From positions 1,240,001 through 1,304,000 of the forward strand of contig NC_043008.1 in NCBI RefSeq assembly GCF_006345805.1: a stretch of DNA of 64,000 nt, given 5' to 3'. Made by a program: the position numbers and the translations under genes. Shown here piece by piece: positions 1-13,083 of this stretch. The first letter of the stretch is position 1, and the number at the start of each line of letters is the position of its first letter. Source of the DNA: Octopus sinensis (lineage: Eukaryota). The notes under the pieces were generated by a model. That model worked only from the letters and a program-made list of their open reading frames with translations, made no database searches and was not told the DNA's origin.

Positions 1-129
1 ATTGCGCTGAGAGCAGGCATCACTCTCGTGGTGATGGAAAAGGGCGTTTCCATGGTGTAAATAGTCTTGTCTATCAAGGGAGTAGTCCTATTGTGTGAGA
101 TGAGGTGTGTGTTAGAGATGAAGGTGGGG

Positions 130-520
130 AAGGTGAAGATGATGGAATTGGTTGTGATGTCAACTATATTGGTGATCGTGATAGCCGATAGTAGGGGTCA
201 TGTTCGGTGCTAAACATGAAGGTATCCGTTTTGGAGACTGCGGGTTGCGTCAGGGTTGGTCTTTCGGTTTTCAAATTATAGCTGAAGATGATAACCTTGA
301 CGATGACGCGCGAACGATGATGATGATGGTAACGATGAAGACGACGTCGTCGACGACGATAATAGAGATGACAACCAAGAAAATGGTGTGGGTGACGGTA
401 TTGGAATGGTGATGATGGTAGTGGTTTCGACGGTGGAGGTGTTGGTGGGATTGGTGTAATGATACTGACGATAATGATGGTGACAATGATAATGACGATC
501 TGTGGCATCTTTTGAAGCAA
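130..520. repeat. Low-complexity GAT/GAC/GGT trinucleotide mosaic
   Basis: Runs such as gatgatgatggtaacgatgaagacgacgtcgtcgacgacgat; overlapping ORFs on both strands are homopolymeric (I, T, H, R, P runs). Confidence 0.7.
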
Positions 521-603
521 TGAACGTGATTTACTCTTTTTCTTTTTCTTAATTTACACTGCAGGCGAGGATATATATATATGTATATATATTTGTGTGC
601 GTA

Positions 604-634
<31 letters not shown>

Positions 635-1338
635 ATATATATATATACATACATACATACATATATATATATGCGTGTGTGTCCATACAAGTACAGACAT
701 TTACGCGCACATACGCACGCACACAAACATATGTGTATGTAGGATATCATGAAACAATCATGGGAGACAGCCAAGCTATTAGCACGTCTGTTATTGCCAG
801 CAGCATCCAGTTGACCACTTATTGAAATCAGACTGAACCAATATCTGCGATAATGACCTTAACAGATTTAATTAGCATTTCCTTAAATACTGATAGTCTA
901 TCACCTTTGCCCACAATATCTTTTTCCCCAGAATTCTTTATGTTATAATCATTCAGGAGAGTCTGAGAAAAAGAACAATAAAAAGGTAACCCAGAAATAT
1001 AGCACAGGAAAATATACACGCACGAACAGGAACACATACGTATGTACAGAATTGGTAGTTTTAGTTTATCGAAATTCAGGTAGGAATTTAGTTAATTATG
1101 TCGAAAGAATCATATAGCACTGAACTGATAGTTGCTTTTTTTACCGATTTAGCCCTAGGACAAACTTAATTGTAGAGAGTTCGGATAAAAAAATAATTCA
1201 AATGAAGCCTATTTCATCCATAACTATATATTTCTTTCTTTCTTTCATTCTGTCAAATTATATATACATACTTATATGTACATATATACAGATATAAACA
1301 TATATATATACACATAGATATATGTATATGTATATCAT

Positions 1339-1383
<45 letters not shown>

Positions 1384-1433
1384 TAATATATATATATATA
1401 TATTCATATATATATATATATATATATTCATAT

Positions 1434-1473
<40 letters not shown>

Positions 1474-1475
1474 TA

Positions 1476-3770
1476 TTAAAGCCAACTGGAAGTCGATTGA
1501 GAAAGAGATCCTCAAACAGGATTGGCCTTGAATGTCTCTCCACACCGGACATAAACATGAAAACACAAACACTTCATGTCCATAATACAAGCCATATGTG
1601 ACAAATATGTCCCAATGTGCAGGGCCAGCACACACAAGAATAAAAACAGGATCCCTAGAGAAAGGAGGATTCTTATGAGACGACGGACAAGATTGCAAAC
1701 CGCCTGAGCAAGCACACCAAAAGTGGTGAGAAGTCTCGGCTCGAAAGAATGCTAATGGAAACTGAGAAAAGTCTACATCAGTCCCATGAAAAGGAGAGAG
1801 CAGATAAAGAAGCTTGGGTAATAGAAAATTAAAATCAAACCCTAAAGCTTTCTTTAAGTTTGCCAAAGAGACAGCCACAGTGCACCAGAGAATAGGACCT
1901 CTCTTCCAAAAAGATGGCTCTCTCACAGGAAATCCCCACGAGGATAAGTGAAATACTGAACGAACAGTTCCAAAGTGTGTTCACTACACCTCTAGGACAC
2001 AGGCAAGTAAACAACCCAGAAGAATTCTTTGCCACTTTACCAGCGGCCAAAGAGACAAAAATTGAGTACATCAACATCGAAGAAGATGATATCACACTAG
2101 CCATTGATGAGATTGACACAAACTCAGCTGCTGGACCTGATGGATTCCCAGCGATCCTTCTCAAATCGTGCAAACGAGCCCTTGCAAAACCGCTACAGCT
2201 TCTTTTTCAGAGCTTTCTTGCAAGTGGTAAGCTCCCAGTCAAACTGAAAGAGGGGGTAATATGCCCTATCCATAAGGGAGGTAGCAGAGCAGATGCTAAA
2301 AATTATAGGCCTATCTCTCTGACCTCACACATCAGCAAAGTCATGGAACGAATAGTCCGTAAGAAACTAATCATGTTCCTTGAAGAAAATGACTTACTGT
2401 CTGACACCCAGCATGGATTTCGACCAGGTAGAGGCTGCCTAACACAGCTCCTGCAGCACTATGACTGGGTGTTGAAACAGCTACTAAATGGCTCAAATGT
2501 GGATGTAATATATCTTGACTTTGCAAAAGCCTTTGATAAAGTCGACCATGGTATGATCTGTCATAAACTGCGTGGTCTCGGCATAGGCGGGAAACTTGGA
2601 GAGTGGCTGCACAACTTCCTAAAAGACAGAAAACAGGCAGTTGTGAGCAATGGAGCCACCTCCAGGGAAACGCAAATAACAAGCGGTGTCCCACAGGGCA
2701 CTGTCTTGGGGCCACTGATGTTCATAGTGGCCCTTTCAGACATGCCTTCATTTGCTACGATGACCACCCTTGCTAGCTATGCAGATGACACAAAGGTCTC
2801 CCACGCAATACAGAACCCTGAAAATATTGCGCATCTGCAACATGAGCTGGACACAATATACAGGTGGGCTGAGGACAACAACATGCAGTTTAATGCAGGT
2901 AAGTTCCAGGCCCTGCGCTACTGGCACACAAAGGTAAATGACGTGAAGACTGGATACACTGGCCCAGGAAGAATTGCAATCCCTGAGTCAAAATCAGTGC
3001 GTGACCTGGGCATTGACATGAGCAATGATGCATCTTTCCAAATGCATATTGCTAATCTGGTGATAAAATGCAGACGGCTAGCTGGATGGATTCTCCGACT
3101 TTCAGAACAAGAGAGAAGGAGACACTGATGGTCCTATGGAAACATTTGTCCTCAGCCTCTTGGACTACTGCTCCCAACTTTGGTCACCACACAATATAAA
3201 CAAACAGCAGAACTCGAAGCAACTCAGAGAAGCTACACAAAGAAAATCGTCTCAATGCAAAATGTCAGCTACTGGGAAAGACTGAAGGTATTAAACCTCT
3301 TCTCCCTGGAGCGGAGGCGGGAGAGATATGCAGTAATATACATCTGGAAAATCCTGGAGGGTCTTATCCCAAACTTTGGCATTCAAAGTTACTCCAACCG
3401 CAGAACGGGGCGCCGCTGCGTGGTGCCAAGGATTCCAACATCACCATCAAAATACAGGTCCAGATACTGCAACAGCGCTTGGGTTTCAGAGGACCACAGC
3501 TTTTCAACATCCTCCCTAAATGCCTGAGAGACTTACATGGTGTGGATGTGGGTTTCTTTAAAACTAAACTGGATCTCTTCTTGTGGAAGTCCCAGATGAA
3601 CCTACCTCACGACAGGAGACGCGGATGCGGGCAGCAGCATCGAACTCCCTTGTTGATCAAGTGCCACGTATCAGAGGTGGATTCACAAACTAGTGTGGCT
3701 CATTCAGCGGTGGTGCCCCAGCATGGCCGCGGCCTTCGGGCTAAAACATTTTTAAGGATTTAAGGATTTA
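1476..3770 (+). mobile_element. 5'-truncated CR1-like non-LTR retrotransposon (LINE) embedded in TA repeats
   Basis: Begins abruptly after a TA tract in the endonuclease-RT linker ([17 protein letters not shown]; [16 protein letters not shown]). RT ORF 1914-3128, then a frameshifted C-terminus (LNLFSLERRRERY; LPKCLRDLHGVDVGFFKTKLDLFLW). 3' hairpin ggcc-ttcg-ggct and a short tandem tail (tttaagga)x2 at 3751-3770, followed by (TA)n. Confidence 0.92.
1914..3128 (+). pseudogene. LINE ORF2 reverse transcriptase domain, open over 404 aa but lacking endonuclease
   Basis: Motifs SAAGPDGFP, NYRPISLTSHISKVMER, QHGFRPGRGCLTQL, YLDFAKAFDKVDH, SGVPQGTVLGP, YADDTK, VRDLGI. Confidence 0.9.
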
Positions 3771-4074
3771 TATATATATATATATCTGAAAGTATATGTG
3801 ACAGATAAATTCCTCTATTTATATAACGTCAAGGTCTCTGTCATTCTTTTGTTGTCTTACTATTTCTATCAATATATATATATATACAAATTTTCAGGGC
3901 CCAATAGACTCAATGAATTTAAATAGCAAATGCACCAGGGAAGTGTCGGGGATAGCGCACCTGAGCATTAACTATGTTTACGGACGTATAAGTACCTTTA
4001 CTTAAGTAAATACGGGTTTTGTCACTTCACTTCTGCACATATTCGCTACTTTTGACCGAATACACGTGTACGCA

Positions 4075-4235
4075 ACAAAGGGATTAAGTCGATTGCATCG
4101 ACCCCAGTGCGTAACTGGTACTTTATTTATCGACCCCGAAAGGATGAAAGGCAAAATCGACCTCGGGGGAATTTGAACTCGGAACGTAACGACATACGAA
4201 ATAGGGCTACGCATTTCGCCCGGTGCGAGTGTTAA
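4075..4235 (-). mobile_element. tRNA-derived SINE family A copy
   Basis: Reverse complement contains ttccgagttcaaattcccccgaggtcgattttgcctttcatcctttcggggtcgataaataaagtaccagttacgcactggggtcgatgcaatcgacttaat, the same core as the copies at 15341, 36814 and 43657. Confidence 0.8.
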
Positions 4236-4799
4236 CGGTGGTGGTACTGAAGATAGAATCTCAGAGGCGTTGCCTGATTATGTAAATTTTACTAGACAAG
4301 CAATTTGCCTTAACTTAATTTTAAATACATTAGGAACTCAGTGCCATGTTAACTCTGTTGATAATAAGTATAATTTGCCTAACATAAAAAAAAAATCCGA
4401 GGAGATAAACACTGTAATATGGATTACCATAATAGCTTACCTGATGATGGTGTAATCCGGTATAATCTAGCTTTTAATACCGCAGTAGCAGCTATTATCT
4501 ATAGTAAACTGTTCTACATACTAGAAAAAGAACTTGCCTCCTTCTAGCCGATAACACCGTGTATTCTGTATAAGAAAAAGTAAAGTTTACACTGTCTTAC
4601 ACTGCGGTTTAGCTTACTAAAGACATCTCCATACATACATACATACATACATACATACATACATACATACATACATACATACACACATACATACAAACAC
4701 AGACACAGACATAAATACACACACACATACATATATGTATGTATGTATCTCTGTCTCTTTCGCTCCCCCTTAACTCATATATATATATATATATATATA

Positions 4800-5160
4800 T
4801 ATAGTAAAGAAAAATAAAGAAAAATAAGTTGGCTAGCAGCAAGCTGTTTCGCCTCATACCGAAGGAATTAGAAATGGCAGTCAAAGACCGTTTTTTCCAC
4901 GAATATAGCGCTGATGAAGGAATTCAAACTCACTCTTTTTTTATATGTTTGTGATCCAGAAACACCGTGTTCGCTATTAACGGTAAGTGACTGAATTCGT
5001 GTATTTGCCACTCTGGTTTTGTGTATGTGAGCCGCAAGGGCCTTCGTTTTTGGAACCTCCACTTATAGAAATGGAAAAAACGGTCTTTGACTGCCATTTC
5101 TAATTCCTTCGGTATGAGGCGAAACAGCTTGCTGCTAGCCAACTTATTTTCTTTACTATA
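4800..5160. mobile_element. TA-flanked element with 79-bp perfect inverted arms (MITE-like or Penelope-like inverted end)
   Basis: 4821-4899 is the exact reverse complement of 5072-5150. The match extends to tatagtaaag...ctttactata apart from a 10-bp duplication on the left. Left flank is (TA)n. Confidence 0.75.
4898..5001 (+). ncRNA. Type I hammerhead ribozyme-like fold
   Basis: Stem I atagcg(4905-10)/cgctat(4972-77), extended by cacgaat(4898-4904)/attcgtg(4995-5001). CTGATGA at 4911-17, stem II gga..tcc plus caaac/gtttg, GAAA at 4959-62, stem III ACA-ccg-TGT, cleavage triplet GUU (4969-71). Confidence 0.6.
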
Positions 5161-5271
5161 TACTGAACCTTACAAAGGTCTTGACAATTATTTTGTCGTA
5201 TTTGCATACCGAAATTTACCGGTAAATAATGTTGGTTACATGAAAAACACAGGAAAATTATTTACCATTTT

Positions 5272-5310
<39 letters not shown>

Positions 5311-7074
5311 TATATATACCATATCACCTACGTTTATGCTGTCACAAATGTTACCTTATAATATCGATTACAAAGCAAGAGATAGCAAAACATCGATCGA
5401 GAAGGCTTATCGATTTCAATGGTATTTGAACTTGACTAGTGTCTGTTTTATTAAGTGATTACTTCATCTTTTCGCACACGACTTATGTTTAGATTAGCAC
5501 CTGTGTCTTACCTGTTCTATCGACAAGAGAATCCTGAGCATCAATATCATTGTGTGATTTCACTTTACAACGTCAACGATGTAAGTTACAACCATAAAGA
5601 ATATAATAGAAAAATTTTACCGCTTTCGCATCTATGCGGCTATCAACGGTCAACTGCGACAGGATAGGCAGTGTTTATACATAAGTATATATACATATAT
5701 ATATATATATAAGTATATATGTATGTATATTACATATATTCTTTGGAAGAATGACGGATATTGTGGACGACAGCTGTATGTTAGCATAATGCATGGAGAT
5801 AACACTTGCGAAATGAGATCTGTGTTTCTCTCTGCATGGAAAGAGAAAAGGAGACACAAGAAGACAGGATATGAAGGATAGATAACCGGAGAAAGGGAAA
5901 AATAGTGAGAGAAATAGGCAAAAGTGTGTGAAAGGTGTAAGCTTACTCTTACATATACAGCATTGTGTGTATGCGAGAGAAAGGTGCAGAAACGGATAGA
6001 AGCTGAGTATGATGGATAGGTATATAGAACGAAGGGGAAAGCAATGGAAATTAAGTATGTGATAGTGAGAAATGAAGAAATTCTTAGAGAGAAATGGAAA
6101 CGGAGTGAGGCAAGAGATAGAGTTGGAGGTGAAGGAATGGACAGGAGGGGAGATTTTATCTATTTGGTAGTAAATATTCTCTAGCACCAATATTTCACTG
6201 GAGTAGTTTTGTGTAGTCAGAGTTAATCCCATCTTTTATGCAGATGTATGAGCTTTTCCATCAATAGAATTATAAAGGGGTTTTGTGTAACGTTAAGGTA
6301 GTCGTTACTTAAAACTGAAGCATCTATTGATTTTTCGCTCAGTCTTCGTAAAGAAATGAAAGAAAAAAATAGCGAAAAAGCGAAGATAAAACAACGAAAC
6401 AAAGGCAATCATTTATTCAACACACGATAAGCTGCAATACTGATATTCATTTATATGTATTTACATATCCATAATAGGATACCACATTGGCAAACAATGT
6501 TACCTTGAAGGAGATTTATTTTTCGCCATTTACTACTACTAATACTTCTACTACTACTACTACTACCACCACCACCACCACCACCACCATCACCACTACT
6601 ACTACTACTACTATACTACTACTACTACTACGACTACTACTACTACTAATGCAGGAATATTGCGTGACCATCAACTAATGTCTTGTTGAGTTTACCGTCA
6701 TATTACTTTTCTCACCGAACATTGAAAATGTTTGGGTTAATAGCTTCCTAAATCTTGCATTTAGGTAATAGTGTCATCATTATTCGCATTTCCAAGATAA
6801 TATGTTCCGATTTTACACATTTATACCGTGAGCAGCCATTAGTCGACATTTGTAGAAGCATTGGAAGTGAGTATAATGATGTTATTGATTTTAACGCCTT
6901 GACTAGGAATGGTAAGCACGGTTATAAATCCTCAGTACTTGACTGGTATTTAATGTACCGGTACTATTTTATTGTTTTTATATTTTAGTAAGGAGGAAAA
7001 ATCAAGGCTTATGTCTATCTGCAAGGTGTCTGCATCTGGTGATGGGCTTGCGTGCGTGTTGACTCTTTTTTTCG

Positions 7075-7720
7075 GATTGTAGAAGCGTACGAGACAGGTC
7101 ATAAATGGAACAATTTCGATCATGGTGGTCCTAGATCAGGGCTAGCCATGGGGTAAAATTATATAAGGTAAGAGAGACTGGCCTCGATCTGAGCGAAAGA
7201 TTTAATGATTAAATGCACCTCACAATTGTTTGTTGGTGAAATTTGAACGCAGAACGTAACAAACCGGAAGATAAAAGCAAAGTATCTAATCTGACATTTT
7301 TACACTTCGTGCAATTCGCCGTTCAGAATTGTTGACTTCTGTTTCTTGACTCCGATAGCCTTGAATGCAAAGGTGACCACAACACATTTGAAGTCAATGT
7401 TCAGAAATTTTTTTAAAAACCCCAAAGGCGTATGATTTTTGATGATCAAACAATTTTCTAATTCAAAGCATGGCGCCAGATAAACATGAAAAATATCATA
7501 GTTTTCTTGACGCTAAATTCTTTTATTCTCCTGTAACTTGAAACGTGAAGCAATTAAATATTTTATCGTGGCATATTTTTAATAATCTTAAGCTACTGTC
7601 ATATAAAAATGAAGGACACTTTATGGAAGGCTTTCCAGATTGTAGAAGCGTACAAGACAGGTGTCAAATGGAACACTTTCGATTATGGTGACCCTAGATC
7701 AGAGCTGAAATGGGGTAAAA
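7075..7720. repeat. Pair of ~85-bp diverged direct repeats 563 bp apart
   Basis: gattgtagaagcgtac...ctagatcag...tggggtaaaa at 7075-7158 and 7638-7720, about 84% identical by eye. Confidence 0.8.
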
Positions 7721-7883
7721 AAATTACGATATCACAGACTGCAATTTCGTGGACTAAAAATAAGTCGTGTAATACTAATTTCTTGTAATGCTAAATTCAC
7801 CCTATGCATAATAATAATTGAAGTATTCATAATGTAAAATTCAGAATGTCACCTAAACACATAACACCCTCTGTTACGAAATA

Positions 7884-8143
7884 TTCTTTTCTACTCTAGG
7901 CACAAGGCTCGAAACAATTAGGGAGGGGATCAGTCAATTAGAGTGACTCCAGTTCGCAACTGGTACTTAAATTATGGAACCCGAAAGGATGGAATGCAAA
8001 GTCGACCTCGGCGGAATTTGAACTCAGAACGTAAAGACAGACTAAATACCTATTTCTATTTCTTTACTACCCACAAGGGCATAAACACAGAGGAGACAAA
8101 CAAGGACAGACAAACGGATTAAGTGCGTAACTGGTACTTATTT
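7884..8143 (-). mobile_element. SINE family A composite: tail-B fragment joined to core plus tail A
   Basis: Minus strand reads ...tttgtctgtccttgtttgtctcctctgtgtttatgcccttgtgggtagtaaagaatagaaata|ggtatttagtctg...gagccttgtgcctagagtagaaaagaa; junction at 8050/8051. Confidence 0.85.
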
Positions 8144-10121
8144 AATCATATCCTCTTGCAATACGTATGTTTGCATAACCAAAAGTTGCAGGGTGAACCG
8201 AATATTTACTAAAAAGCACAACAGCGAAAAGCAGGATCACATTTATGCGTGAAAATATCAGTTTCTAAATGTTCACAATGTAATATATATGTAGAGATAA
8301 AATCATTTGCAGAGAAATATGTGTCCGTAAGAAGTGGGTACATTTCCACAGCAAAAATGATTGTTACGGTGCGAGGAGAAATGAGAGTTTCTGAAACGAT
8401 GAGATATACTCTGTTCTTTCTAACAGTTCAATTTTATCATTTACTGGAGGAATGCAGAGAAACAACACAGAAGTGCTTGGTGTTTGTGGCAAACCATCTG
8501 TTTGTAGAGTCCAGTGTAGGATCTGAGTTCATTGTAAAGTTACGTTGTAATTTTTTATTTTATATCCACGATTAGAGCTGTAATAGTCCAAAGCATAACA
8601 ACCTTTCTGTACAAAGGCCAACTCATTAGCAATATTAATTGCAGTCAATTTAGGTGGAGATATTTGAATTCTTGCACATTCAGCTTGCTTTTGTTCGAGA
8701 AGTCATATTCTATGACATCGCCATACGTTACGTCATTTGAGGGAGACGCCATACCTTCCAAAGCATATTGTTAAATTTCTGATTTTGAAAAATTGTAATG
8801 TCACGAATAGAGTCTGACCAAATATCATACTATGCACCAGTGACGTATGAGACTTTATTCATTACAAGTAATGCCTTACTTTGACATTTTTTCAGAATTT
8901 TCATACAATAAATATATTTGCCATGACAATTGTTTTCATAAATTGTTTAAAAGTTCTCACGTAATATACCTTGCATATACTCGATCTATTATGTTGAGCA
9001 AGGAAGTTATATTCTTGGAGATAATTATCCTACTGCCACATTACCAGGAATCATTTTTAAGTCCGCTAGATTCTTTCCTAAAAAGAGCAATGATTTGTGG
9101 GAAACCTCATGTCCGACATTGTAGCTTTTGTCCAGCAGAACAAAAAGCAAAAACGACGTAAAACACACTTCGAAAAAGTTTAGTTATTTATGTCTTCTTA
9201 CTTGAATCCCCATATTCAAATGTGGATTAGATTTTGTGTAAAATTTTCATTAAAATTTGAAAGATCTTGAATTTTTATGTTGACGCATTAATAGGTGGTT
9301 TAATCTCATTTTCTCAGAGGTATTTCCTCTCGCAGAGCTTTGCCGATTTTCAAAACATTTAAATCCTTATGGCGTTCTTTTTTTCTTTTTTTTTTTTGAG
9401 AGGCAATGATCTAGAGGTGATGTGCTGCAGAAAATTGTATATTTCCCATTCGTCAATCATTTTCTTCAACCACCAAAGATAATTAGTAGCACCATTTATA
9501 TCTCAAGTGAAAGCTTCTTTAGTTATTTTCCTGCACAAAATTCAAAACATTTTAAAACTTTGAAATCATTCTTAGTAAGCCGGATTTCTTTTTCATCAGA
9601 TGTTTCACTTTCGTTTTTTCTGTACAACCCCTAACAAAAATTTGGCTTTTTTTAGAATTGCCATCGTGTTTATTGGCACATTTTGTCGAGATCTCTCCTA
9701 GACCCGTTTACGCAAGAACTATTTCATTTTATGCATCATAGTATATCTTTGAATAAATAAGGTCTGAGCAATGAATAGAGTAAATTTTACATCACTTGAA
9801 TCGTATTCATTTCTTTTGTCAAGTATTGCTCCTTCAGTAGCTGCTGCAAGATTTAATGGCCATGCAGATGACATTTCCTCTTGCATAAACCCTTTTCAAG
9901 ACATCAAGACTAATAACTAGAGTTATCCGCTTACGGTTCCATTTTGCACAACTATACTCAGCTCAACCTAATGGCTTCTTTTCAGAATGCATGAACAGGA
10001 AGTACATCCCAGCAGCAGATACATAATGGATACGTAGAAGAGTGATTTTGTTTGCTATATAATGGCAAGAACATTCTGTTATACACTTTATTTGCTTATT
10101 TCTTAATATTCTGGAATACTG

Positions 10122-10285
10122 AGGCGGCGAACTAGCAGAATCGGTAGCCACATCGGGCAAAATACTGAGCGGTATGTCGTTGATCGCCTGCTTTGAGTTC
10201 AAATCCCACCGTAATCTACTTTGTCTTTCGTTCTTTCGAGGTCGATAAAATGAGTCCTAGCCAAGCAATGGTGTCGATATAATCC
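10122..10285 (+). mobile_element. Degraded SINE family A copy
   Basis: aggcggcgaactagcagaatcgg (A-box-like) ... gagttcaaatccc (B-box-like) ... ttcgaggtcgataaaatgag. Confidence 0.65.
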
Positions 10286-11663
10286 TGTTGAATGCGAAAT
10301 CTGAGGCTTTGTGACGAAATTTGAAACCAATATAGAGAACAATTATGAATCTTGGCTCTAATACAACCGTAGAAAATTTCCAAACAAAGGACTTGCAACG
10401 TAACCACATAGAAGAAGAGTGGCAATATATGAGACATCATAAAACACTGCGCCATTGCAAAACACTGTGAAACTAAAATGGCACATATTTAGCGGTTCTT
10501 AAGAAGCAAAAATATCAGTACAAAGGTGGGCTTAAAATCGATGATTGACGATTAACATGGAGCCGGTCAGCCGGCGAACTGTCCACACTCCAGTTGTCTG
10601 TTGTGACATGGTTCCTACGGCTGGATGGACTTCCGCTGGTTGCATTTTATGCAACACCGAACACGAGAGCATTTTACGTGGCACGCGCAACTGTAAGAGA
10701 CAAAACCCTGTTAGTATGGATGACAGCGGTTTTACTTAGCTTGTCGCATCTTCTCCTTTACATCTAATTGCCACAACGCCCAGTTCCGATTCATTTCTCA
10801 CCACTTCGTTCTACGCTTTGGGTTTTTCCCTTTCACAAGTTCGCCCAACTATTAGATCTTGGCACTTCTTTATGCGGCCGTATTCCAGTAACTCACTCAC
10901 AAGCATTATCCATAAATACAAGAGGGCACATACATGCACATGCGCTCTTAGATAATAGACAGATAGACAACTATATAGTTTAACAGATATTGTTATGTAT
11001 ATACTTGTGTACTTGTGTTTGCGTAATTTATTAATGCATTATACATCCACGTAAGTATTTATATGTATGTATATATATGCATATACATATACGTATATAT
11101 ATATATATTATATATATATATATATATATGTATTTATGTATATAAATATATGTACATATGTATATATGTATGCGGTGTGTGTATATATACGGACATAAAT
11201 ATACGTACATACATATGAATTCAATAATTTACATAGAAAAATCTTCACTTATGTCTTTCAAGTAGATCTATATCTTCTTTTCACTATTTTATGTCTGTCT
11301 GTTTCAATTTCTCTCTCTCTCTCATTCGCTCCCACCCACACTCTCTGTCTCTATATATATATCAACATATATATATATATATATATAATATATATATATT
11401 ATGTATACATATAAAAGCTTACATAATATGTGTATGTATACTACACACACAGACACGCACACCACACACACATACATATATATACATATATGTGTGTGTG
11501 TGTGTGTGTGTCTGTGTATATGTATGTAAGTATGTATTGCTACATTAAGTAATTCCAATTTTTTGTGTATACATGTTATCGTATACACAATTACATACAA
11601 ATTTATATGAATATATATTTGCGCACGCCTGAGAGTATGAATGCGTGTGTATATATATACATA

Positions 11664-11700
<37 letters not shown>

Positions 11701-11754
11701 TACATATATACATATACATACATATATACACGATACACACACACATATATATCT

Positions 11755-11828
<74 letters not shown>

Positions 11829-12139
11829 GTACACGCACACATGCAAGCACTGCGTATATAATACATGAAGCCATCATGCAGTCTACTCGGAGATGTTCTA
11901 CAATACAGCTTAACCTTCATTTTAGATTGTATGATCATAATTTTTTTTAATGTTATTTCCATAGATTTTTTTCTTTTTTTTAACATTTTCATATCCCTAT
12001 TTCACAGTGATTTCCCATTCGTGTCTCTCGCTTCCGGCAACAAAACTTCTATGCCTGAAGCTGAAGATTTTTCGCTATTTTACCAACCCATCTCTAGTCA
12101 CGTATAGCTACTTATAAAGTTTCATCAACTGATTTTTTT

Positions 12140-12147
12140 TATTTCTC

Positions 12148-12184
<37 letters not shown>

Positions 12185-12285
12185 GCTATCATCATCATCA
12201 TTGTTATTAGCATCACAATCATCATCATCATCGTTATCATCATTATTATTATTGTTATCGTTATTATTGTTGTTATTACTATTAC

Positions 12286-12324
<39 letters not shown>

Positions 12325-12570
12325 ATTATTATATTTTTTATTATCATTATTACTATTATTATTATTCTTATTATTATTATTATTATTATTACTTTTCTCT
12401 CGATATATATTTCTTTCTATTCCCCCCATCTCATATAATACCTTTGCAGTTATGGCTATGTAATTGATTTTGGACTTTGGCTTCTTCTCCTCCTCCTCCT
12501 CCTCCTTCTTCTTCTTCTTCTTCTTCTTCTTCTTCTTCTTCTTCTTCTTCTTCTTCTTCTCCTCCTCCGC
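12140..12570. repeat. (TAT)n, (CAT)n and (CTT)n microsatellite cluster
   Basis: Direct reading of long tattattat and cttcttctt tracts. Confidence 0.95.
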
Positions 12571-12855
12571 ATTCTTTTTTTTCTATTACTCTGCCCCTTT
12601 GGCATATCCTATCAGCCAACAGAATAGAAGTAAATATCTTCATACAAATCGAGTACCATATTCTCATATCTTCTTCAGCAAGCTAAAGAATTTTATAAGG
12701 TACACATTACTCTATGATCTAAAGAAAAAAATATATACATGTCCTTACGATGTCACACACATACGTGCACACGCACACATATATATACAAAATACGTGGC
12801 CTTATATATATGAATATATATGTAATACAGACACACATATATTATATATATACAC

Positions 12856-12886
<31 letters not shown>

Positions 12887-13051
12887 CATATGCATGTATA
12901 TATTATATATATACAGATGCATGCATATATATATATATAGATAGATAATATATATATACATATATACATATATATATATATACGTATATATATATACATA
13001 TATATTATAATATATATATATATGTATATATATTATATATATATATATATA

Positions 13052-13083
<32 letters not shown>

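Noticed and set aside
164-520. His/Pro/Arg-rich ORF
   Set aside because: Low-complexity trinucleotide mosaic, open on both strands, with no splice or homology support.
787-1000. Weak similarity to 23905-24030 (cgataatgacctta / cgataatgaactta) and a minus-strand acceptor-like site near 963
   Set aside because: The alignment needs several gaps and the translations do not share a frame or motif; compatible with chance in AT-rich DNA.
4436-4470. CTGATGA followed by a short tgg/cc stem
   Set aside because: No GAAA or stem III follows, so it is not a hammerhead.
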